Shown piece after piece: positions 14,773-23,166 of a stretch of DNA of 32,000 nt. The number at the start of each line of letters is the position of its first letter. The stretch's first letter is position 1. This DNA comes from Candidatus Diapherotrites archaeon CG08_land_8_20_14_0_20_30_16. Its GTDB lineage: Archaea > Iainarchaeota > Iainarchaeia > Iainarchaeales > 0-14-0-20-30-16. A program made the translations under genes and the position numbers. The notes below the pieces were generated by a model. It worked only from the letters and a program-made list of their open reading frames with translations. It made no database searches and had not been told where the DNA came from. The DNA is taken from NCBI GenBank assembly GCA_002779075.1, contig PEXK01000017.1, forward strand, positions 1 to 32,000, given 5' to 3'.

Positions 14773-16140
14773 TTATCGTTTAGTTTGTTTTGCGTAATAC
14801 CCGCCTGTTTTTTTACTTCCTTTTCTTTCAATTAATTTTTTATCCATTAAAGTTTTTATTTGTTTTTCAATAGTATCAATTGGTCTTTTTAACTTTTTAG
14901 AAATTTGATTTGCCTGCATATTTGGATTCTTTTGAATAACAATCAACAGTTCATTTAATATACCAGATAACGTGCCAGTTAATCCGCCAGTTAATCCGCC
15001 AGTTAATCCGCCAGTTAATCCGCCAGTTAATCCTTCGCTTTGCAAGGTTCTATAAAAAATTACTCTAAACCAATCTGAACTAATTTCAAAGTCTAAAACT
15101 GTTCCGTAATCAGAACACAACTTTTTCATTCTATTTATTCCTGAACCTACTTTTTCAACAAGATTTAACCTATAGCTTAGATCCATAATAATAGGATTTC
15201 TAGCAAGACTTATTTTTCCAAATTCTTTTTTATCAAAAAGCAAGTTTCCTGGATTTGATATTTCAACTCTATCAAGAAATATATCTATTTGAACATGTCC
15301 TTGCGAGAAATAATTTCTGTGTGCCATAGCATTAATTATTGCCTCTCTCAAAGCTTCCTCAGATAATTCAAACTTGTTTATTCTTTCTTTACCTTCAATA
15401 ATAAAATTTGTATTTAATTTTGAAAGAACATAATTATAAACCCCATAATAATTAGAAATAAAATCTTCGTCAAATTCTTTTTTATCTAAAATATCCACTC
15501 TTTCTATGCCTTTATATAAAACACAAACAATTGAAGAATTTAGAAAAAAGGGTGTTATTTTATTACAAAAAAATAATACTCCCGCATTAGTAATTTTGTC
15601 GTCAGTCATCAAATTTAGGTTTTTCAATACGTGTGTTCTTGGCAAATCTTTTGATATTTTAGATTTTTCAAGAAATCTCAAAAATTTAGAATTATCAAAA
15701 TCAGATTTGAATTTAAAATTATTATTTGTATTTATATCAAAAAATAATTGATTTTCTTTTTGAAAAAAGGTTCTAATCTCATCCCTCTTTAATTGTTGAG
15801 AGTTTGCACCCATTCTTAAATAAAAATGACCCTGAACAGTATATGGTTTGTTTTTCCCATTGGGAACATGGATTACTATTAAATTGTCTACGACTTCCAC
15901 ATTTACATTTGAAGACGGATCCATATTTCTAGCAATATCCTGAATTTTTGAAGAATCTAAATTACTTAATTTTGCGCCTATAATTTCGTTATTATCTTTA
16001 ACACCAATTATTATTTTTCCGCCAGATGCATTTGCAAACGCACAAAAGGTCTTTCCAATATCGCTATTTAATTTTTCTTTTAGCTCTATAGTATAGCCTT
16101 CACCACTTTTTATTAATTCTAAAACTGCTTTTTTATTCAT
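14773..16140 (-). CDS. AlbA_2 (Schlafen-like) plus HATPase_c_4 plus C-terminal wHTH protein ('RecG-like' putative transcriptional regulator family)
   Basis: N-terminal GEGYTIELKEKL..KTFCAFANASGGKIIIGV (AlbA_2); middle INAMAHRNY..VEISNPG (HATPase_c_4-like); C-terminal wHTH ending GSKKTGGYY. Confidence 0.82.
   Translation of the reverse strand: MNKKAVLELIKSGEGYTIELKEKLNSDIGKTFCAFANASGGKIIIGVKDNNEIIGAKLSNLDSSKIQDIARNMDPSSNVNVEVVDNLIVIHVPNGKNKPYTVQGHFYLRMGANSQQLKRDEIRTFFQKENQLFFDINTNNNFKFKSDFDNSKFLRFLEKSKISKDLPRTHVLKNLNLMTDDKITNAGVLFFCNKITPFFLNSSIVCVLYKGIERVDILDKKEFDEDFISNYYGVYNYVLSKLNTNFIIEGKERINKFELSEEALREAIINAMAHRNYFSQGHVQIDIFLDRVEISNPGNLLFDKKEFGKISLARNPIIMDLSYRLNLVEKVGSGINRMKKLCSDYGTVLDFEISSDWFRVIFYRTLQSEGLTGGLTGGLTGGLTGGLTGTLSGILNELLIVIQKNPNMQANQISKKLKRPIDTIEKQIKTLMDKKLIERKGSKKTGGYYAKQTKR
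14974..15033. repeat. Five perfect tandem copies of a 12-bp unit (gccagttaatcc) inside the AlbA_2 gene
   Basis: Copies at 14974-14985, 14986-14997, 14998-15009, 15010-15021 and 15022-15033 are identical. They encode (GGLT)5 between the ATPase-like domain and the wHTH. Confidence 0.95.
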
Positions 16141-16156
16141 TTATTATCACTAAAAT

Positions 16157-18487
16157 TTATGCACCTAAACCACCAAGCAAAAATGATGCCCCCAAAGATG
16201 CTAAAATAAACACAACAACAGCAACAGGAATCATATATGCAATATTCATTTTCATTTTTATTGGATTATCTGATTCTACTCTGCTAATAAAATAAACCAA
16301 TCCCAAAACAACTAAAATCAAATTGATTGCCAAAATCAAATTAAATGCAAAAGGGCTTGCAATTGAACCTATTGCTGTTGGATCAATACTACCCATTAAT
16401 TTAGAAGGATCTAAACCGCTCATCATTAATTTAGAAAGATCTAAACCGCTCATTGATGAACTTGCTAAAAGATTTGAATTTGATGATGCTGTTGGAATAG
16501 AACTTGATGACCCTAGCGAACTTAATGTCAAGATTACAACTTTCTGTATTGCAGAAACCATTCCTAAAACAGCGGGGGCAATTATTGATGCCATTGTCGT
16601 CATCATTTGTTTTACATCATCAGTTAGTTTCTGTACTGTTATTCTAATATCTTCAATATTTTTTAATTGGAGTGAAATAGATAAAATTGTTTTTGCAACT
16701 GTACCAACTCCTAATTGAGAGGAATCTGCAATTATTTTCATATTATTTTTAATCAATGTTGAGGGATTATTACGTAAAGAGCCAAAAAGAGGATCAAATA
16801 ATGCTTGTTCCAAAGGCATACCTAATAAATTAATATTGTCAACTGTTTTTGCCAACAAATCTTGAGAAATTATTAAATCTGGAAAGAATTGCATTGTATC
16901 TTTCAGAGCAGTTTCTATTGGTTTGCCTTCGGACAATCTTGAAGCTAGAATAAACAAAATTTCTCTAAAGTTTTGCTCCATATCCATATAATGGTCTTGC
17001 ACTTTTTTCTTGTAAACTGTCCCTAAATAACAATAAAGAGCAATGATTAAAGCGAGAATTAAAGCGAAGCCATATAAAATAAAATATGGTGTGGTGTCAT
17101 GTTCTGGTTTTAAAGAGTATAAGAGTTTTTGCGTATCAACAACCCTTTGATAATCACTTGACCTTTTTGGATATTCTGTTCCTGCTGCACTCATGTAATT
17201 TTCTGCAAGCATATCAAAATATTTGTCTGGATTATCAATATATTCTTGAGGCAGATTTTCTTGTATCATTACTTTTTCCATTGTTTGGCCAAATTGATAC
17301 TGCAAAAATATTGTTAAGCCCATAAGAATAACAAAAAGAAAAATCAAAAACCCAATAATATTTATTTCTAACCGCCCTATATAAAAATTTCCTTTTTTTG
17401 GCACGCCTTTGAAACCATCAGGAATTACTGGCGATCTGTAAAGCAAAGGTACAGTCCTTGAAATCTTTTTTGCATATAAAAAAACAAACAGAGGAATTAC
17501 AACATCATAAAGACCTGCTAAAACAAAAGGATTTGAAAAAGGAAGTTTTGCAAATACAGAACCTATTGGCAATATAATTACCAACAAAAGAGGAAGCAGA
17601 ACACCAATATAAAATAAAACTAAAGAGGGTTGTGACAAAGCACGAGCATAAGTTTCCATTTTTAATTTAATTGCACCCAGCAGGTTATCTGTTGTTTTGT
17701 CCAAGAGTTCAACTCTTCTTGTTTCATTATCTTCAACCATTGCAGATTTTATCATCATTACTGCTTCTTTGAAATCCATAGAATAGGCTTTCCATCTATA
17801 TGCTAGATAATCCAAACCCTCGGAAATACTAGAGTATACGCCTATATTAGTATCCCAAATTATTTTTCTTAAATCTTCTGCTAAATGTCCTTCCCCTTGA
17901 ATTGCTGCAAACTGAATTGCTCTTTCTAAATTAGGAACTAACTTCAAATACATTGTTAAATAGCCTACAATTGCGGGCAAATACGCTAATGCTTTTCTTT
18001 TTTCTTCTTCTGCTTTTACAAGGGGGTAATTCATAAAATGATAAATCAAATAACCTACTATTGTGCCCAACACAACAAAAGATATTGCTAAAACATAATA
18101 GGGGTTAAAATCTATTGCTTCAAAATGGTTATACAAATAATTGTAAATGAAAAAAATCAACATTAAAAGAACTAAAAGAGAACCCAAACCAAAAACAACT
18201 ATTGTCATTACAAATGCATTGTATTCTTCTGGTTTTAATTTCCAACCTAAAAATAAAACAGCATCTTTAACTTTTTTGTGTAAATTACCGCGTGCTAAAG
18301 AAGGAAATCTTTTGTATGCTGATTTACAGAGCTGAACATATTTCGGATCCTGCACACTTTGTTGTTTGTCTTGAACATCTTGAGATATTTCTCCTTTTAT
18401 ACCACGATACAACAGCCCCAAATTAATATCTTGGGGTGTTTTATTTTGATTTATTTGATGATTTGTTTCATTATTTGTATCAGGCAT
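16157..18487 (-). CDS. Type IV pilus/archaellum-type polytopic platform protein (FlaJ/TadC, T2SS-F-like)
   Basis: About 776 aa with many transmembrane helices separated by two soluble helical regions, as in T2SSF-domain proteins. It is in a locus with a FlaI-like ATPase and a pilin. The ORF-track GTG is at 18496; the ATG at 18487 (MPDTNNE) is more likely. Confidence 0.72.
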   Translation of the reverse strand: MPDTNNETNHQINQNKTPQDINLGLLYRGIKGEISQDVQDKQQSVQDPKYVQLCKSAYKRFPSLARGNLHKKVKDAVLFLGWKLKPEEYNAFVMTIVVFGLGSLLVLLMLIFFIYNYLYNHFEAIDFNPYYVLAISFVVLGTIVGYLIYHFMNYPLVKAEEEKRKALAYLPAIVGYLTMYLKLVPNLERAIQFAAIQGEGHLAEDLRKIIWDTNIGVYSSISEGLDYLAYRWKAYSMDFKEAVMMIKSAMVEDNETRRVELLDKTTDNLLGAIKLKMETYARALSQPSLVLFYIGVLLPLLLVIILPIGSVFAKLPFSNPFVLAGLYDVVIPLFVFLYAKKISRTVPLLYRSPVIPDGFKGVPKKGNFYIGRLEINIIGFLIFLFVILMGLTIFLQYQFGQTMEKVMIQENLPQEYIDNPDKYFDMLAENYMSAAGTEYPKRSSDYQRVVDTQKLLYSLKPEHDTTPYFILYGFALILALIIALYCYLGTVYKKKVQDHYMDMEQNFREILFILASRLSEGKPIETALKDTMQFFPDLIISQDLLAKTVDNINLLGMPLEQALFDPLFGSLRNNPSTLIKNNMKIIADSSQLGVGTVAKTILSISLQLKNIEDIRITVQKLTDDVKQMMTTMASIIAPAVLGMVSAIQKVVILTLSSLGSSSSIPTASSNSNLLASSSMSGLDLSKLMMSGLDPSKLMGSIDPTAIGSIASPFAFNLILAINLILVVLGLVYFISRVESDNPIKMKMNIAYMIPVAVVVFILASLGASFLLGGLGA
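16394..16453. repeat. 30-bp in-frame tandem duplication in the platform-protein gene
   Basis: cattaatttagaaggatctaaaccgctcat and cattaatttagaaagatctaaaccgctcat differ at one position. They encode MSGLDLSKLM / MSGLDPSKLM next to a Ser-rich tract. Confidence 0.9.
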
Positions 18488-18492
18488 AATTT

Positions 18493-19311
18493 TCACTTAA
18501 TATCCAATTTATTTATTTGTTGGGTTTTTAAAAATAATTTCATTTGTTCTATTGCAATTTTGTTTAATTTGATTAATCTTTCTGATTGTGATAAATGCTC
18601 TTTAATAAATAATGAATTTAAATTTTCCAAATTTGATAAACAAACTAGCTGAGACATATTTGCATAATCTCTAATATTTCCTGTTTTATTTTTATTATAC
18701 TCCCCCCAATCTTTTGCAGTTATTCCAAATAATGCTATATTTAAAACATCTGCTTCGGAAGCATAAATGATATCTGCTTGTTTTTTTGTTATTTCTTTTG
18801 GAATTAAATTTTCTTTTATTGCATCTGTATGAACAACATAATTTATTTTTGCTAAATTTCTTCTAATATCCCAACCTAATTGATTTTTTTCAGTTTCTTT
18901 TAATCTTTGAAATTCTTTTATTAAATATAATTTAAATTCGACAGAAATCCATGCAGCAAACTCAAAAGCAATATCTTTGTGTGCAAAAGTGCCGCTATCA
19001 TATCTTCCACTTTTTGAAATTAACCCTATTGCATTAGTTTCTTCTATCCATTTTGATGGAGATATTGTAAAAGAATTCAAACCAGCATTTGATTTAACCG
19101 TGTCGAATCCGATACGGTTAAAATTAGGATTATATAATTTTTCCCAAATTCCTAAAAATTCTATAGTATTTCTATTTCTAAGCCAATTTATAATCACAAA
19201 TCTAGGTTCTTCTGGATTCTTTTTTTTGGCAATATCAGTAATACAAATATACTCCTCGCTATTTTTTTTATAATATCTTATTTCTTTTTCTAAAACAATT
19301 ACTTTGCCCAT
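18493..19311 (-). CDS. KilA-N domain-containing protein
   Basis: YICITDIAKKKNPEEPRFVIINWLRNRNTIEFLGIWEKLYNPNF...GRYDSGTFAHKDIAFEFAAWISVEFKLYLIKEFQRLKE matches the widespread KilA-N family seen in bacteria and mobile elements. Its TGA stop lies 5 nt before the platform-protein ATG. Confidence 0.82.
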   Translation of the reverse strand: MGKVIVLEKEIRYYKKNSEEYICITDIAKKKNPEEPRFVIINWLRNRNTIEFLGIWEKLYNPNFNRIGFDTVKSNAGLNSFTISPSKWIEETNAIGLISKSGRYDSGTFAHKDIAFEFAAWISVEFKLYLIKEFQRLKETEKNQLGWDIRRNLAKINYVVHTDAIKENLIPKEITKKQADIIYASEADVLNIALFGITAKDWGEYNKNKTGNIRDYANMSQLVCLSNLENLNSLFIKEHLSQSERLIKLNKIAIEQMKLFLKTQQINKLDIK

Positions 19312-19337
19312 ATTTTCACATCAATAATTATTTCCAA

Positions 19338-19511
19338 CTATACCCAAATTGGGGACAGTTCAAAGCGTATAAATTCTCGGTCTTTAACTTTTCCCCAATA
19401 TTGCCTAGGAGTAGGGCTGTTAGTTAATACTTCTACAACGTCCACAACAGAAAAATACCATTCGCCATTGTGCCATATTCTTCTTATCTTTTTATTTTGA
19501 AATACTACCAA
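19338..19511 (-). pseudogene. Truncated Bro-N (phage antirepressor N-terminal) domain gene remnant
   Basis: The reverse frame reads (TTG)VVFQNKKIRRIWHNGEWYFSVVDVVEVLTNSPTPRQYWGKVKDREFIRFELSPIWV*, the conserved Bro-N core. Only 57 codons remain where homologues I recall have 150 or more. The upstream sequence aATGtGAAACTACG has an ATG one nucleotide out of frame, which suggests a frameshift. Confidence 0.6.
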
Positions 19512-19632
19512 TGTATTTTCTTTAGTCGTAGTTTCACATTATTACTATCTTTCCAATCTTACTCTTGCAATTGCTCTTGATCTTAGTTTTTTTATAACCT
19601 TGAAAACACTTTCATTTTACAAAAATTATATG

Positions 19633-21984
19633 TTATTTTGTTTTCTTTACAGTTTCTTTCTGTGAGGTTAAATCAATTTTTGATTGTCCGTATTTTGTTT
19701 GAATGTAAGATAAAAATTCTGTGTTAACCCATTTTTTCCATTCTTCCAATATTTGAGGATAATTTGCTTTTCCATAATCTTCAATACTTTGTTCTTTCAA
19801 CAAACGCAACTTATTTGTTGCTAATGTTGTATTCTCTGCTTCTAAAATATCTTTTATTCCTATTTTCTTTTTTACATCAACCAAATATTGTTTAGAATCT
19901 GCAAGCATTGAAATATTTTGCCAAATCTGGTTCATATTCATACCAGAAACTCTTTGTATTCTTTGAAATAATTCAGAATCTTTCAAATTGTCTTCTAATA
20001 ATTCTAACTTGTCTTTTTTTGCAGCATACAACATTAAATCTAAAAGTCCGCCTTCTTTTTCTGGATCTTCTGTCCAATGTTTTTTTACTTCGGTAATTTG
20101 TGTCAATCTTCTGACTCTTTTTAATGATCCCTCAAACCTAATAGGCCTGCTTACTGTAATAATATCTGTTGCTTTGAAAGATGTTGTTGGCACACCCAAA
20201 TCATTAACAACTCTATCCCAAACAGAATAAGCAGAATCACCGTGAATTGTTCCCATTACAACATTTCCTGCTGCACCAACACGCATTGCTTCATAAAGAA
20301 CTTTGGCTTCTAAACTTCTCACTTCACCAACAATTATACTTGAGTCTCCCAATCTCAAACCTGTTCTTAATGCCTCATCAGGAGGTACTTCAATTCCTGT
20401 TTTCGAGACACTAATTGCACTTTGTGTTTTTAATCTTTGAATATTATAACCAATATTTTTCAAATACATTCCAGGAATTTCTAAAGTGTCTTCTTGTGAA
20501 ATTATTCTTGTACTTTGGGGAATTTCCAGCATCAAAGCAGAAAGCAAAGATGTTTTTCCAGAACCTCTTGAACCAGAAACCATAATAGTTGCCTGCATAT
20601 CAACAAAAAACGATAAAAGCCCAGCGCTCAAAGAATTCATACCATTAACTTCAATTAATTGTGGCAAAGTCCAAGGAGTATTTTTATGTAATCTAAATGC
20701 AAATGCAATACCATCAGGACTCAATGGAGGACCAATAACAGCAACTCTTGTATCAAAATCAGGCAAATCATAATCCAAAACAGGATGTGCTTCATCAAAT
20801 GGTCTTCCAGATTCTGATCTTAATTTTGATACTACACTTTTTGCTTCATCAATAGAATATAAAATATTTGTTTTACATTCCCCAAATTTAGAATGAATAA
20901 TTTTAATCGGTTTACTGCCAATTGGAGAATCAACATAAATATCAGTAATTGTTCTATCTTCTAACAACAATTCTAAGATGCCGTAACCAACTGTATATCT
21001 TGTCACAATTTCAGTTAACATTTCTTGGTCTTCTAAAGTTAAAGGCACTTTATAAGCTTTTGCAACGCCTTTTATTGTTGATAAAAACACTCTTTTAAAA
21101 TAATCTTTTGTATTTGCACCAACAGTAATTGATGCGTTTGCAGGCCTATATTCTGAAACAATCTCTTTTGTTTTGCTAATTACAAAATATTTGTCGGGGG
21201 TCAAAGTATATTCTGGTGGATTTATCAAATACCAATATTCTATTTGATCAGGATGTTTGAAAATTTGTACATTGTTATCCTTCACCATATATTCATCTAC
21301 TAATTGTAGACCCTTTGTTTCTCCAAATAATAATCTTGAGCCAATAAAAGAAGGTTTAATTTCAGCATTAAAAATTGTTCTATATAATTGTCCAGTGTCA
21401 GGTATGTGCGCTAAATCTTGAAGATAATGTTTTGTTTGCGAAATTATTTTTGTATCTTCAAGTTTTTTCAAAAGATAAATTAAAGTTTCTAAATACGGTA
21501 CTGCTCCTTTTTGATATGCATCAGACATTTTTGCAATTCTTAATTTTTCTTTTTTCAATTCCTCTAAAGCAGTTAAATAAGCATAAATAGGATCATAAGC
21601 AATTAATTCATGTGCAACTCTTACCAAAATGGAATGTCTTGTTGCAGTATATTGTTCATTAACTTCCTGGCCATCGCTCAAATGTTCTGGACCCCAAACA
21701 CCTTGCTGTTCAAAATCAATCATTAATTCAGCAATTTCATCAATAATTTTTGTTTGTGTCTCATCATAAACTCTTTCATAAACATCAGCCAAAACAATCA
21801 GATCTGGTTTTTCTGATGATGCAACACTACAAGCATGCAATCTACAGGCTTTGTCTTCTGCTAAAGTAGCAGAATAAACACAATTTTTACAATTAAAAAC
21901 CAAATGTTTTTTTTCATTTATTGTTTTTACAACATGATTTCCAACTCTATATCCACCAATAATCATAAGACCACCAAACTTCAC
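19633..21984 (-). CDS. Type II/IV secretion-family ATPase (FlaI/PilB-like pilus assembly ATPase) with a long N-terminal extension
   Basis: Walker A SGSRGSGKTSLLSAL, Walker B/Asp box region IISQEDTLEI, GEVRSLEA. The N-terminal roughly 250 aa is extra and contains CKNC...C....C. The GTG is at 21984; an ATG at 21966 is preceded by GGTGG. Confidence 0.88.
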   Translation of the reverse strand: MKFGGLMIIGGYRVGNHVVKTINEKKHLVFNCKNCVYSATLAEDKACRLHACSVASSEKPDLIVLADVYERVYDETQTKIIDEIAELMIDFEQQGVWGPEHLSDGQEVNEQYTATRHSILVRVAHELIAYDPIYAYLTALEELKKEKLRIAKMSDAYQKGAVPYLETLIYLLKKLEDTKIISQTKHYLQDLAHIPDTGQLYRTIFNAEIKPSFIGSRLLFGETKGLQLVDEYMVKDNNVQIFKHPDQIEYWYLINPPEYTLTPDKYFVISKTKEIVSEYRPANASITVGANTKDYFKRVFLSTIKGVAKAYKVPLTLEDQEMLTEIVTRYTVGYGILELLLEDRTITDIYVDSPIGSKPIKIIHSKFGECKTNILYSIDEAKSVVSKLRSESGRPFDEAHPVLDYDLPDFDTRVAVIGPPLSPDGIAFAFRLHKNTPWTLPQLIEVNGMNSLSAGLLSFFVDMQATIMVSGSRGSGKTSLLSALMLEIPQSTRIISQEDTLEIPGMYLKNIGYNIQRLKTQSAISVSKTGIEVPPDEALRTGLRLGDSSIIVGEVRSLEAKVLYEAMRVGAAGNVVMGTIHGDSAYSVWDRVVNDLGVPTTSFKATDIITVSRPIRFEGSLKRVRRLTQITEVKKHWTEDPEKEGGLLDLMLYAAKKDKLELLEDNLKDSELFQRIQRVSGMNMNQIWQNISMLADSKQYLVDVKKKIGIKDILEAENTTLATNKLRLLKEQSIEDYGKANYPQILEEWKKWVNTEFLSYIQTKYGQSKIDLTSQKETVKKTK

Positions 21985-22232
21985 TATATATAAATATCTT
22001 TACTTTTTAAATGTTTCTTATATATATACAATTATAAAATAGTGCATAATTTATGCATTAGATACATATATTTAAAATATATTCCTGTCAAATTTAATTA
22101 CTCTTTTTAATTGCGAAGCAATTTTTCTGTGAAAACTGTTGCGAAGTAAGTGTAGAAGATTGGAAACACAAAGTTTCGAATCTTTTACAAAGTTTTTGGC
22201 ATACCATGCCTTTTTGTGAAAAAGGCTGGAAA

Positions 22233-22304
22233 GGGGTTATCGTATAGTGGCTAGTACTACAGGCTCCAGACCTGTAAACCAGGGTTCGAGTCCCTGTAAC
22301 CCCA
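22233..22304 (+). tRNA. tRNA-Trp (anticodon CCA), no intron, CCA not encoded
   Basis: Manual fold: acceptor GGGGTTA/TAACCCC, D stem GTAT/GTAC with an AGTGGCTA loop, anticodon stem ACAGG/CCTGT with loop CT-CCA-GA, T arm CAGGG-TTCGAGT-CCCTG, discriminator A. It is a GC-rich island in AT-rich DNA. Confidence 0.9.
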
Positions 22305-22307
22305 TTC

Positions 22308-22330
22308 TTGTTTCTTTTTTGAAGAAACAA
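22308..22330 (+). terminator. Hairpin plus T-run immediately after tRNA-Trp
   Basis: TTGTTTCTT (22308-22316) pairs with AAGAAACAA (22322-22330), loop ttttg. A T6 run at 22315-22320 fits an archaeal oligo-T terminator. Confidence 0.4.
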
Positions 22331-22419
22331 AGTAGCTTCACGAAAGTTTGTGGATATCACTTCGTGAATGCAAACAAAAGTTTGCATATTTTATTATCCA
22401 ATTATATTTAGGTGATTTG

Positions 22420-23166
22420 ATGATTGCAAAAACAAGTAAAAAAATAGGGGAAACGAAAATAAAACCTGTTGAAACAAAAATGGAAAACAAAAAAGAGGAA
22501 AAACAGGAGTTAAAAAATATTTATCTTGTCGATTACTGTATTAAAGATTTAACATTGAATAAAATAATAGAAACAAACTTGCCAGAAAAAGCAAAAGCTA
22601 GTTCTGGAGAAAAAAGGGTTTTGTTCAAAGGCAAAAAACCTATATTAGAAGGTATGAAAAGCCTATTTCCAAAAGTTGAAGAAACCATAAAAAATTTAAA
22701 AGAAAATGAAGAAAAAACACTGGCGCTGAGTGCAATTGATGCCTATGGTTTTAGAAATAAAGAATTATTAAGAGTGGTATCATTACAAGCATTCAAACAA
22801 AATAAAATAAATCCATTTGTTGGGCTTGTTTTTGAAACTGAAGGCCTGTATGGAATAATAAAAAGTATTTCTGGCGGAAGAGTAATGGTTGATTTTAATT
22901 CACCATATGCAGATCATGAAGTAGAAGTTTATGTCAAAAAAGTAAAAACCTGCAATGAAAAAGAAAAAATAGAAACTCTTTTGGATAATTTCTTTGAAAA
23001 AGCAAAAGCAAAACTAAAGAACTATCAAAACGACATTATTACTATTGAACTTACGCCTAGCGAAAATATAAACGCAGAGATGTACAAACAACTCTTTGAA
23101 GGTTTTTTTAAAAATTTTATAAAGTACAAAGAAATAGTAGTTGAAGAGAAAAAGCAAATTTTATAA
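22420..23166 (+). CDS. FKBP-type peptidyl-prolyl cis-trans isomerase (SlyD-like with an insert-in-flap domain, long archaeal type)
   Basis: AIDAYGFRNKELLRVVSLQAF...PFVGLVFETEGLYGIIKSISGGRVMVDFNSPYADHEVEVYVKKV follows the SlyD/archaeal FKBP pattern (AYG.R, DFNHPLAG-like). ATG at 22420 is preceded by GGTGA. The ORF-track start at 22348 overlaps the tRNA flank. Confidence 0.7.
   Translation: MIAKTSKKIGETKIKPVETKMENKKEEKQELKNIYLVDYCIKDLTLNKIIETNLPEKAKASSGEKRVLFKGKKPILEGMKSLFPKVEETIKNLKENEEKTLALSAIDAYGFRNKELLRVVSLQAFKQNKINPFVGLVFETEGLYGIIKSISGGRVMVDFNSPYADHEVEVYVKKVKTCNEKEKIETLLDNFFEKAKAKLKNYQNDIITIELTPSENINAEMYKQLFEGFFKNFIKYKEIVVEEKKQIL

Noticed and set aside
22233-22304. Intron in tRNA-Trp (common in archaea)
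   Set aside because: The 72-nt sequence folds into a complete cloverleaf with a 7-nt anticodon loop, leaving no extra nucleotides for a bulge-helix-bulge intron.
22094-22387. 97-aa minus-strand ORF
   Set aside because: It spans the tRNA-Trp gene and its hairpin-rich flanks. The translation includes the tRNA antisense, and there is no RBS or recognisable motif.
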